DNA of 64,000 bases from Phycisphaerae bacterium (GTDB lineage Bacteria > Planctomycetota > Phycisphaerae > Phycisphaerales > UBA1924). The stretch's first letter is position 1; the number at the start of each line of letters is the position of its first letter. The notes under the pieces are model-generated. The model saw nothing but the letters and a program-made list of their open reading frames with translations. It was not told where the DNA came from and did not search any database. The stretch is taken from contig JAUIHS010000023.1 in NCBI GenBank assembly GCA_030432255.1, forward strand, positions 3,224-67,223, written 5' to 3'. Made by a program: the position numbers and the translations under genes. Below, piece after piece: positions 11,426-19,656 of the stretch.

Positions 11426-11647
11426 AACAGAAGCAAGGCGCGCGTCCGCTGTACGAGGGTCGCCTTGTGAACGAGGGGTGGGGTGAGGATGACTGGGAAG
11501 GGGGGTGGGACCCGGTGATGTCGCCTCAGTTCGTGGCTTCGAAGTCCCACTCACCCCTCCGTAGTATCCTGACTGGCTCATTGCTGGTCGAGATCAGGTG
11601 ATCTCCAGACTCGAGTTTCTCACCCGTCCCGGATCAGTCACACCGGA

Positions 11648-13360
11648 TCACCAGACCTGGCAGACGTCACCCCAATGTTCGAGGAACTCGGTCAGATCTG
11701 AGAAGTCGACGGCGCCGTCGGCATCGATGTCGCCGGGAATGGTGCCCGGCTCACCGAACGTGGCCCAGTTGTCGAGCAGGATATTGAGATCCATGAAGTC
11801 GACTTCGAAGTCGCCGTTCATGTCACCAATGCATCCCTGTGGCGTCGTGAATACGACCACCGCCTGGCTGCCGTCGTCGAATGTGAGCTTCGCCGCGAGT
11901 TCACCGGCATCATTCCATGGGGCGCGATGTCCATCTTCCGGTCCGGCGGTGAGGTAGCGTGTGGTGTAGCTGTCGACGGTGCGGAAGTCGCCGGGAGCGA
12001 CTTCGATGACACTGCCTTCGCGGATCAGCAGCACGGTTCCCTCGTAGGGCGTGGTCGCCCAGAGGCCGGTGTCGTTGTCGACCGTGACTCCGGGCCCGAT
12101 GATCCGCGATGTGAACGCCACCTGCCCGGCATTGTTCAACGCGTTCATCCATTCTGCGCTGCTCAGGTACTTCACACCTGCCCCGACGCCGGCGGGCTGG
12201 TCGCCCTCGCGAACAACGAGTTTGAGATCGCCACCTGCGTCCCGGCGCATCATGGCCGAGTTGTTCCCCGGATTGACTCCGAACCCATGCAGCCGCACGC
12301 TGAAGACGGAATCACTGGCGGTGTTGAGCGGGGCCGCGGCCCCCTCGAACTCGTAGATGTAGATCGACGGATCCCACGTCTGATCAGCATCGTAAAGCAC
12401 GCCATCGAGGTCACCCTGTCCCATGAACAGGCCATCACCCTGGCCGCCCAGCATGGTGACGCGCTGGAGCATGGAGACGTCACCGGCGTTGTTGATGCTG
12501 AGTTCCGGCATGACGGTGTCGACGGTATGGAACCAGTAGCCGGGCGTCGGTGTTGGTGCGCCGGCGATGGCGATGGTCTCTGATCCGCCGGCATCGATGC
12601 GCTGCACACTCCACGCGCTGTCACCGGGAACTGAGAGTCTGTTGGTGATCGCGATCTGGTCATCGCTCAATCGAATGGCATCCGAGATCTGGCCGAATGT
12701 GCTGAAGATCACGTCGGGCACCAGGTCGCCTTCACGAAGGACGCTCGAGAGCGGGCCGAAGTTGTCAGTCCACACACCGGTGTCATTCGCTGCACTGACG
12801 CCGGGTCCATCGACCCATGCGCTCATGGCAACGGAACCCGATTCGTTCAGGGCCATCGAAGGGAAGTCAGACCAGAAGACACCGGGCGCCTCGCCGGGTA
12901 CCTGCGTGCCAACTCGCGCGATGACCTCGTGACCGAAGCCGGAGTTCCTGAGCACGATGGCGCGGGGTGCCGCGACCCCGTCGATGCTGGTCCTGATGAG
13001 CAGGGTGCCTGCATCGTTCATGCGAAAGACGTGTTCCCAGCCGGAGACATCACCAAATGAGGAACCCGGCATGCCCGGTACCGGATCGCCCTCGCGGAGC
13101 ACCAGTGACATCGAGCCTGTACCGAGGAATCCCTCGGTCCAGATACCCGAGTCGTCGATCCCGCCCGTCAGGTGTGCTGAGAAGCTGACCTCACCGGCGC
13201 TGTTGATCGCCGGCGGGCCGAAGTACGTATAAGCCTGGCCCGTCCCGGGGGCGGGGTCACCAGTCATGGCAACCACCCGAACGCCGACGCCGGCACCGGA
13301 CACGGAAGAGACAATCCCCGCCACGCCGGCAAGACAGATCAAATCACGAATAGCAAGCAT
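11648..13360 (-). CDS. Secreted NxxGxxAF-type tandem-repeat protein with C-terminal dockerin-like module
   Basis: 570 aa with an N-terminal signal sequence (MLAIRDLICLAGVAGIVSSVSGAG). Recurrent motifs are INSAGEVSFSA, MNDAGTLLIRT, LNESGSVAMSA, INNAGDVSML and LNNAGQVAFTS, each followed by DxTG(I/L/V)W. The protein ends CIGDMNGDFEVDFMDLNILLDNW...GDIDADGAVDFSDLTEFLEHWGDVCQVW. Confidence 0.85.
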   Translation of the reverse strand: MLAIRDLICLAGVAGIVSSVSGAGVGVRVVAMTGDPAPGTGQAYTYFGPPAINSAGEVSFSAHLTGGIDDSGIWTEGFLGTGSMSLVLREGDPVPGMPGSSFGDVSGWEHVFRMNDAGTLLIRTSIDGVAAPRAIVLRNSGFGHEVIARVGTQVPGEAPGVFWSDFPSMALNESGSVAMSAWVDGPGVSAANDTGVWTDNFGPLSSVLREGDLVPDVIFSTFGQISDAIRLSDDQIAITNRLSVPGDSAWSVQRIDAGGSETIAIAGAPTPTPGYWFHTVDTVMPELSINNAGDVSMLQRVTMLGGQGDGLFMGQGDLDGVLYDADQTWDPSIYIYEFEGAAAPLNTASDSVFSVRLHGFGVNPGNNSAMMRRDAGGDLKLVVREGDQPAGVGAGVKYLSSAEWMNALNNAGQVAFTSRIIGPGVTVDNDTGLWATTPYEGTVLLIREGSVIEVAPGDFRTVDSYTTRYLTAGPEDGHRAPWNDAGELAAKLTFDDGSQAVVVFTTPQGCIGDMNGDFEVDFMDLNILLDNWATFGEPGTIPGDIDADGAVDFSDLTEFLEHWGDVCQVW

Positions 13361-13789
13361 TTCAACGCTCCAGAAGAAGATGAAGAGAAGTCAAAGAGGG
13401 CATCACTGTCGACGCCCGTACCGGCACTCTGCGCCAGCCGCCCGGATCTCTCACCAGTTCCTGAGAAAAAACCCCTGCGCGGGCTTGATGATGCTTCTGT
13501 TGCCGAGAGTCCCACTCGCCTTCGACCAACACGACGCTCGCATGTGGTGCGGAATCGGCTCCCAATCCATCCACGCGCGCCTTGATCTGCCGCGAGGTTG
13601 GATCAGCAGGGGCGGTTCAGCGGGGTCGAGCGGGAAGGGAATCACTGCGACTGCGGGGACGGGTGGATACCGCTGTGGTCTGGAAGGCAGTGCAGAGATC
13701 AGGTCCTCGCCGCGTGGGGCTCGATGTGTCCTTGAGACCGAAGATCCGAGAGTGCGTTTGAAACGGTTCGTCTCGGGGAGTTTTCAAGG

Positions 13790-13820
13790 CCCGCGTCCGT
13801 TGGACGTGGGTCTTTTTGTT
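13790..13820 (+). terminator. Orphan intrinsic-terminator-like hairpin plus T-tract with no upstream + strand gene
   Basis: cccgcgtcc (13790-13798) pairs with ggacgtggg (13802-13810), giving 9 bp including one G-T. The motif tctttttgtt follows directly. It lies inside a 500-bp gene-free gap. Confidence 0.4.
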
Positions 13821-13861
13821 GGCGCTGGGTGGGGGTGAGCGGGCTGTTGCGGAGATTCCGG

Positions 13862-14197
13862 TCACCGGACCGGCTCTTCCGCTTCCTTCCAGAACGCGGT
13901 GTAGACCACGCCGTCGGTGCCCACCTGATCTTCAGTGCGAATGCAGCCCGCCTCTGCCGCGAGCTGCCTGACGACTCGGTTCTTGCCTGCCTGGTCAAGT
14001 GCCTGGAAGCCCTGGACCTCCTCCCGGGTCCACTCTCGCCCCTTCGCGAGTTGGAAGAGCTCCGCAAAACTCATTGAGCAGTCCTGCGCGACTGTCCGAC
14101 TGCTCGTGCTTCGCGCGGCGTTGCCGTCATCGGCAGATGGAGCGACCGAGCAACCGGCCGCGGCGAGCATGCACAACAGAAGAAGTAACTTTCGCAT
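13862..14197 (-). CDS. Small lipoprotein, function unknown
   Basis: 111 aa. MRKLLLLLCMLAAAGCSVAP is a lipobox (LAAAGC). No recognisable domain. Confidence 0.6.
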   Translation of the reverse strand: MRKLLLLLCMLAAAGCSVAPSADDGNAARSTSSRTVAQDCSMSFAELFQLAKGREWTREEVQGFQALDQAGKNRVVRQLAAEAGCIRTEDQVGTDGVVYTAFWKEAEEPVR

Positions 14198-14276
14198 GGC
14201 AGGTCACTGTACCGCAGACGTGCCGGTCAGGGGCACGGCCCTCGTCAGTGGCACGCGGCCTGAAGCTGTCGATGCC

Positions 14277-14319
14277 CGAAAAAGAGACCGACCCCCGCAC
14301 ATGGAGGTGCGGGGGTCGG
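14277..14319 (-). terminator. Rho-independent terminator of the protease gene
   Basis: A 13-bp perfect stem, ccgacccccgcac (14288-14300) pairing with gtgcgggggtcgg (14307-14319), with a 6-nt loop. On the - strand it is followed by tctctttttc. It sits 31 nt downstream of the stop at 14350. Confidence 0.65.
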
Positions 14320-14349
14320 CTGTGGTGGTATCAGGATTCTGCAGTGGTG

Positions 14350-17300
14350 TTATTCGCCGCAGCTCTGGTTCCAGTGTGACAGGACCTCGTTGAGGTCGTT
14401 GAAGTCCACGGCACCGTCTCCACCGGGGTAGGGGAAGACGTCACCGTCGGGACCGGCGGTGCCCCAGTTGCTGAGGACCAGGTTGAGGTCATCGAAGTCG
14501 ACATCAAGGTCGCCATCGGCGTCACCCGGGCACAGCGGCGTCGGGGGCAGAACGGCATAGATGCGGACATCATCGATGTTCCAGCCGGGATACGTGACGG
14601 AGCCGTCCGTGGTGCCCATGCCCCAGCGGAGATACACGGTGGCTTCACCGTCGGCGTCCGCGGAGATGTCGTAGGTCTGGAGCGACCAGCCGTTCTCATT
14701 GATGGCGGAGGTCTGCGTGTGCTCCCAGACGGTCGACCAGTTCACGCCGTCGTTGGAAACCTCGATGTTGGCATGGTCGTAGGTCGCGGACTCGACGCCG
14801 AGCCAGCGCTGGAATTCCAGCGTGGTGTCCGTGAAGTCGGTGCAGTCGAGCACGGTGGTGGTGAGATAGCGGATGGGTGAGAGGTTGTTGGGGTAGTCGC
14901 CGTTGAGGTTGTAACCGTAGACGTTGTTACCGGTGAAGCCGGAAGACGGATCACCGTTGTGCGTGCCACCACCGGTGGGCTGGCCGAAGCCCCAGTCGGC
15001 ATCGGCGCTCCAGCCCGGATCGATGTCCATGGGGAAGTCATAAACGATCTGCGGCCCGCCGACCGCGATGTCGACGGTCGCGACATTCGAGTCCTGGCCG
15101 TCGTTGACCTTGTACTCGAAGCCGTCGTCGCCGACATAGCCGAAGTCCGGCTGGTAGTCGACCATGTCACCCATGCTCGCCAGCGTGTAGGGCACCGAGA
15201 GGATGTCAGTCATCGTGACCGGATCGGTCAACGTGCCGTCGGTCGGGAGCGAGGTGATGATGTAGTCGAGCGTGGGCTCGATGGTCATGCCGACAAGCTG
15301 GATCGAAGAGGTCACCGTGTCGGGGACCGTGACGACGACGTTCGTGGCTTCCGGCGGACATGTCGCGCCGGATGCCGCGATCTTCAGCGTCCAGTTGTTG
15401 AGGGACCCGGTGTCCTGGCCGGCGTTGTCGCTGATGGTCAGTGTCCAGTCGCCCGCCGAGAATTCACTGATGTAGTCCGCGAGCAGGCCGGGGCCGTCCG
15501 GCGGGTTGGTGCCGTCGTCGTAGGTGGTGACGATGTCGTCGGCACTGCCGCCGCTGCGATCGTGCAGCGTGACGCTGGTGCCTTCGGGCGACGTGAGGAT
15601 CACGCGCAGGTCACCGATGTACGTGTGCGTGACGTCCAGTTCCACATCGACGTCGCCGATGCAGTAGGTGTCGGGCACCGTGATGATGCTCGTGATCGTC
15701 GAGTTGTCGTTGATCGCCTGCGGCGTATCCACGGCTGCGTAGGTGTAGCGACCAACATCAAGCGTCACCGGGCGTGACGTGTTGCCGTCGCCGCTGGTCA
15801 GGTTGGTGATGGTCACGGTGCCGTTGACGATGCCGTTGGGAAGCAGGTTTGCGTCGCTTGAGAAGCCGACGGTGACATCGAGGAAGTCACCCGTACCCGT
15901 GAGTGTCGCCATGACCGGACCGGAGCCGCCGTTGAGCGAGATCCAGGAATGGCTCGCGCTGATCTGGACATCCACGGGAGTCGGGCGGTCACTGGTGATG
16001 GTGTAGACCTGCGTCGCCGTGAAGGGTCCACCGACGGGTCCGCCGGACACCAGCCCGTTGGCCGGGCTCGAGGAGACGATCGTCTGACCGATCTCAACCG
16101 TATGCATCAGCACACGCTGACGACCGTTGGTCGTGTCGTCGAAGATGAGCTCGCGAGAATAGACGCCAGCGGGAAGACCCGTCGCCGAGGGATCGACGGA
16201 AATCGTCAGCATCGCCGAACCGCCGGACGCGGCGAGCGTGCCGCCCGCCGAAGAGCCGCCGTTGATCAGGATCGGCCCGCTGCCGGCGCCGAGGCTGACC
16301 GTGTAGTTGATCGCCATGGGTGTGGCGTTGCCGAGCGTGTAGTTGTACGGGTCGTTGGTGAAGGGACCGCCCACCACGCCGATGTGATCGACGTTGCCGG
16401 CGGGAGAGATCTGCATGCCGACGCCGGGGATCGTGTCGAGCGTCATCTGGCCGGTGCCGAGCGGGTCGAGCCAGTCGCTCAACCGCGTGGAGCTGGATCC
16501 GCCGCCGGTCCATGAGAGTTGGAAGCGACCGTACCAATCGCCGCGAAGATCGGTGCAGGAGGCGTAGCCGCCGTGGAGTTGTCCGATGACCTTGTGGTCC
16601 CAGGAGAAGAGGGGCGAGCCGGAGGAGCCGGGTTCGGTGGTACCGTCGTCCCAACTGGAGACCCAGAGGTGGGTGCTGTTGCCGGGAGGCGCTTCGCCGA
16701 GGTAGGTGTCCGGAACGACGGGATCGCTCTCGAAGCTGATGCGCTTCTCGTCACCCTGCGGGTGGTGAATGGCGACGGCGCCGTCGTTGAAGCTCATGTC
16801 GCGGCGATCCCATCCGGCAAAGCCGACTTCCCAGTCGGGATCGGGATCGTCATCGAGTTCCACGAGCGTGAAGTCTGATGAGGAAAAAGAGGCGCGGTGA
16901 ACCGAGCCGGTCTGGAAGTCGGTGAGCACGCCGTCGGGCACGCCGCTGCAGGTTGAGGTTTCGAAGTTCCAGTAGACGACGAGTGAAGCCGCGTTACCGG
17001 TTCCGATGCCGCAGTGGTCGGCGGTCATGAAGTAGGGCGTGAGGTCGGCCGCGGTGTTGTTGACCATGAAGCCGGTGCAGAAGATGCTGCCGCCGGTGGA
17101 GATGGCACCGACCGTGGAGATCTCATCCTGCCAGTCGTCGCCTTCCGGGCAGACCACATCGTTGTTGCAGGATCCCGATCGCTCGACGAGTTCGCCGAAG
17201 CCGCGATAGCCGTAGTTGATCGACGTCAGTTCGAGCTTGAGATTGTCGAGTTGCTTTTCGTGAACGACGACTTCAACGGTGATGTCGTCGGAGAGCACGA

Positions 17301-17775
17301 CGGGTGTCCAGAGTTCGCCGTGCGCATCGTTGTCCATCGGGGTGAAGGGGCGGATGCTGTAGGTGCCGTCGGTGGCGTAGACGAACATCATGCCGCCTTC
17401 GGGCATGTGCCAGGTGGTGAAACCCAGGTTGATGGAGTCCGCTTCTTCAGCGCGGATGCGAAGGCGCCACATCCAGCGATCGGCATCGAGGCGTTCCCAG
17501 GTGCCGTCGTTTTCGGGAATGATGCGAACCTCGTGCGGGATCGCGAAGCGCGTCGGCTCGCCGGCGGCGTCGCGCTCGGCATCCTCACGCTCGATCGCAC
17601 CCATGTCCAGCGGGGCCAGGCGCACGGAGCTGACCTGGTCCAGGGGCAGCACGCCCTTGGTCGACAGGCCGTTGGGCTGAATCAGCCCCTGGCCCGAAGC
17701 AGCCGCTCCGGCCATGAGCACGACAAGCGACGCGGCGAGACCGCGCCGACAGTACGACGATACACCTCTGATCAT
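14350..17775 (-). CDS. Secreted multidomain S1 (lysyl-endopeptidase-like) serine protease with proprotein-convertase P-domain, jelly-roll domain and C-terminal dockerin-like module
   Basis: 1141 aa with a signal peptide. The S1 core shows FCTGFMVNN...YFMTADHCG (His) and TEPGSSGSPLF (Ser). A P-domain-like segment reads YCIGDVDVELDVTHTYIGDLRVILTSPEGTSVTLHDRSGGSADDI...GDWTLTISDNAGQDTGSLNNWTLKI. A MAM/choice-of-anchor-like jelly roll follows (ANIEVSNDGVNWSTVWEH...VYLRWGMG). The protein ends CPGDADGDLDVDFDDLNLVLSNWG...GDGAVDFNDLNEVLSHWNQSCGE. Confidence 0.85.
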   Translation of the reverse strand: MIRGVSSYCRRGLAASLVVLMAGAAASGQGLIQPNGLSTKGVLPLDQVSSVRLAPLDMGAIEREDAERDAAGEPTRFAIPHEVRIIPENDGTWERLDADRWMWRLRIRAEEADSINLGFTTWHMPEGGMMFVYATDGTYSIRPFTPMDNDAHGELWTPVVLSDDITVEVVVHEKQLDNLKLELTSINYGYRGFGELVERSGSCNNDVVCPEGDDWQDEISTVGAISTGGSIFCTGFMVNNTAADLTPYFMTADHCGIGTGNAASLVVYWNFETSTCSGVPDGVLTDFQTGSVHRASFSSSDFTLVELDDDPDPDWEVGFAGWDRRDMSFNDGAVAIHHPQGDEKRISFESDPVVPDTYLGEAPPGNSTHLWVSSWDDGTTEPGSSGSPLFSWDHKVIGQLHGGYASCTDLRGDWYGRFQLSWTGGGSSSTRLSDWLDPLGTGQMTLDTIPGVGMQISPAGNVDHIGVVGGPFTNDPYNYTLGNATPMAINYTVSLGAGSGPILINGGSSAGGTLAASGGSAMLTISVDPSATGLPAGVYSRELIFDDTTNGRQRVLMHTVEIGQTIVSSSPANGLVSGGPVGGPFTATQVYTITSDRPTPVDVQISASHSWISLNGGSGPVMATLTGTGDFLDVTVGFSSDANLLPNGIVNGTVTITNLTSGDGNTSRPVTLDVGRYTYAAVDTPQAINDNSTITSIITVPDTYCIGDVDVELDVTHTYIGDLRVILTSPEGTSVTLHDRSGGSADDIVTTYDDGTNPPDGPGLLADYISEFSAGDWTLTISDNAGQDTGSLNNWTLKIAASGATCPPEATNVVVTVPDTVTSSIQLVGMTIEPTLDYIITSLPTDGTLTDPVTMTDILSVPYTLASMGDMVDYQPDFGYVGDDGFEYKVNDGQDSNVATVDIAVGGPQIVYDFPMDIDPGWSADADWGFGQPTGGGTHNGDPSSGFTGNNVYGYNLNGDYPNNLSPIRYLTTTVLDCTDFTDTTLEFQRWLGVESATYDHANIEVSNDGVNWSTVWEHTQTSAINENGWSLQTYDISADADGEATVYLRWGMGTTDGSVTYPGWNIDDVRIYAVLPPTPLCPGDADGDLDVDFDDLNLVLSNWGTAGPDGDVFPYPGGDGAVDFNDLNEVLSHWNQSCGE

Positions 17776-18110
17776 CAGTGACTTTCCTTCGATTTATTCG
17801 GACCCCATTGCCTCGGGCGTTACTCGCAGGGCAGGCATGCCGGGTTCCGCGCTCTCTATCCACTCACTCGGGACGTGAAGTAAAAATCTACCACCAGCCC
17901 GGCTTCCCGGCAACGAAAAAGGGAGGCCCAGCGATGCTGGACGTGCGGCCTGGGAGGCCTGTGAGGAGGGGCTGGCCAGGTCAGGTATCGGCCGCGAGTG
18001 CCTTCCGACCTGCACCGGGGCTTTGGCGCTGGATCGGTGGGCCGACCTGATCTAGAGTGAAGCCTGTGCGTGGGGGAGGTTCGGTCCATCATCGCGAGAG
18101 GAGAGATTCC

Positions 18111-19490
18111 ATGCAGTTGTGTGTGATTGGTATGAGTCTGGTAACTGCGGGGACTTCCCTGGCAGGTCTGCCCACCTACGAGTTCGAGTTGCAGGCCCGG
18201 ACGAACTTCTCGGTGAACCCGGGCAGCTCATGGAACATCCCGGCGAACCACTTCTTCAGCGGTGAAGACATCCAGCTCAATGACAGCCGCCACATCTCCT
18301 TTCATGTCAGCGTGACGCCGAGCGATCAGCCCAAAGTGTGGTTCGGTGACGCCGCCACCGGCGGCATTGTCTACACGGCCGCCGTGGATGCCTTCCTCAG
18401 CGAGACCTCGCTGAACAACAATGATCGCGTGATCTGGGATGAGTCATTCGTCACGACTGAGGGCATCTACTACTACGACGACATGACGTCGGGGAGTGGA
18501 TTCCTGACCAACCGCCCCTTCGGCACGACGACGTGGACGGCTGCGGTCGTGAACGATGCGAACCAGGTCGGCTTCCGGGCTGGTTTCAGCTTCAATGGTG
18601 ACGCGTACATTTCATGGGATCCGACGGCGCCGACCAGTCATGCGGAGCATGTGGTCGAGACGGGCCTCGACCCGGGCAGCCCGTGGGCCTTCCTGTTCAC
18701 GCCCGACTTCAACAACAATCGGCAGATCGCCGGCAAGGGGCGCATCGGCAGCACTTCCGGCAGCGCCCCTGACGAGATCCGCATCTGGAACTCGGATGGC
18801 ACATCGATCCTCATCGCCGAGGATGACGACGGCAACCCCGCCTCGCAGTTCACCGGCTTCGACAACAGCGTCGCGCTGAACGACAACGGTTGGGTCGCCT
18901 TCGTCGCCAACCTCGCGGGGAATGTTCGCGGCGTCTTCGCGTCTGACGGCACGACGACGGTGACGATCGCAACCGAAGCGCATCCCGATGTCTCGGACAT
19001 CGAGTTCTTCGCCCCGGACATGAACAACGATGGCCTGGTGGTCTTCCGGGCCTTCAACGCATCCGGCCAGCGCGCCATCTGGGTCGGCGACGGCACGGAC
19101 CTCATGCCGCTCGTGACCGAGCACGACATCCTGCCCACCGACCTCGGTGACGGTCGCGTCGATCAGAACACCACGAGCAGTCCTGTCTTCGGGGGTGCGC
19201 CGTGTGTCAATAACAATGGTGACGTGGCGTTCTACTGCGGTCTGACACCGCCGGATGATGACCAGATCGAGTGGGGCTCCGGCGTGTATGTTGCGAAGGT
19301 GATTCCGGCTGTCTGTCCGGGTGACGCCACGGGCGACCTGATGGTGAACTTCGACGATCTCAACGAAGTGCTCACCAACTGGGGCACCGGCGGTCCCGAC
19401 GGCGACGTGTTCCCGGAAGGTGGCGACGGGATGGTGAACTTCGATGACCTCAACGAAGTGCTCACCAACTGGAACACCGACTGCAACTGA
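18111..19490 (+). CDS. Secreted NxxGxxAF-type tandem-repeat protein with C-terminal dockerin-like module (paralogue 1 of a tandem trio)
   Basis: Track ORF 18057..19490. ATG 18111 is preceded by GAGAGGAGAG and gives MQLCVIGMSLVTAGTSLAG. Repeats: VNDANQVGFRA, LNDNGWVAFVA, MNNDGLVVFRA, VNNNGDVAFYC. The protein ends CPGDATGDLMVNFDDLNEVLTNWG...GDGMVNFDDLNEVLTNWNTDCN. Confidence 0.85.
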   Translation: MQLCVIGMSLVTAGTSLAGLPTYEFELQARTNFSVNPGSSWNIPANHFFSGEDIQLNDSRHISFHVSVTPSDQPKVWFGDAATGGIVYTAAVDAFLSETSLNNNDRVIWDESFVTTEGIYYYDDMTSGSGFLTNRPFGTTTWTAAVVNDANQVGFRAGFSFNGDAYISWDPTAPTSHAEHVVETGLDPGSPWAFLFTPDFNNNRQIAGKGRIGSTSGSAPDEIRIWNSDGTSILIAEDDDGNPASQFTGFDNSVALNDNGWVAFVANLAGNVRGVFASDGTTTVTIATEAHPDVSDIEFFAPDMNNDGLVVFRAFNASGQRAIWVGDGTDLMPLVTEHDILPTDLGDGRVDQNTTSSPVFGGAPCVNNNGDVAFYCGLTPPDDDQIEWGSGVYVAKVIPAVCPGDATGDLMVNFDDLNEVLTNWGTGGPDGDVFPEGGDGMVNFDDLNEVLTNWNTDCN

Positions 19491-19656
19491 CCTTCGGTCG
19501 AACGTCCGATGATCTGATCGCGGCCGAGTACTGAGCGGTTACCGGGCCTCCGGCGGCCCGCTATCTGTCGCATTGCCGGCATGCTGCTTGGATCGGTCGG
19601 AACGCGGTTTAGAATGGGAAGCGTACAGGCTTCGTTCATTCACTCGGAGAAGAGTT

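Noticed and set aside
13655-13720. A possible SRP (4.5S) RNA apex, ggtctGGAAggcagtgcag, resembling the GGUCCGGAAGGAAGCAGCC domain IV motif.
   Set aside because: Only the GGAA loop and a few flanking bases match. I could not build the conserved symmetric and asymmetric loops or a long closing hairpin by eye. Only a covariance-model scan could rescue it.
13266-13838. A 190-aa + strand ORF in the 13361-13861 gap.
   Set aside because: Its start overlaps the N-terminus of the 11648-13360 gene on the other strand. Its composition is Arg/Gly/Ser-rich with no motifs. I treat the region as non-coding.
17776-18110. A direct repeat, gggaggcc...gggaggcc, and a small hairpin in the divergent promoter gap between the protease and NxxGxxAF genes.
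   Set aside because: The repeat is short (8 nt) and not complementary. Such a repeat is expected by chance in GC-rich DNA, and there is no supporting structure.
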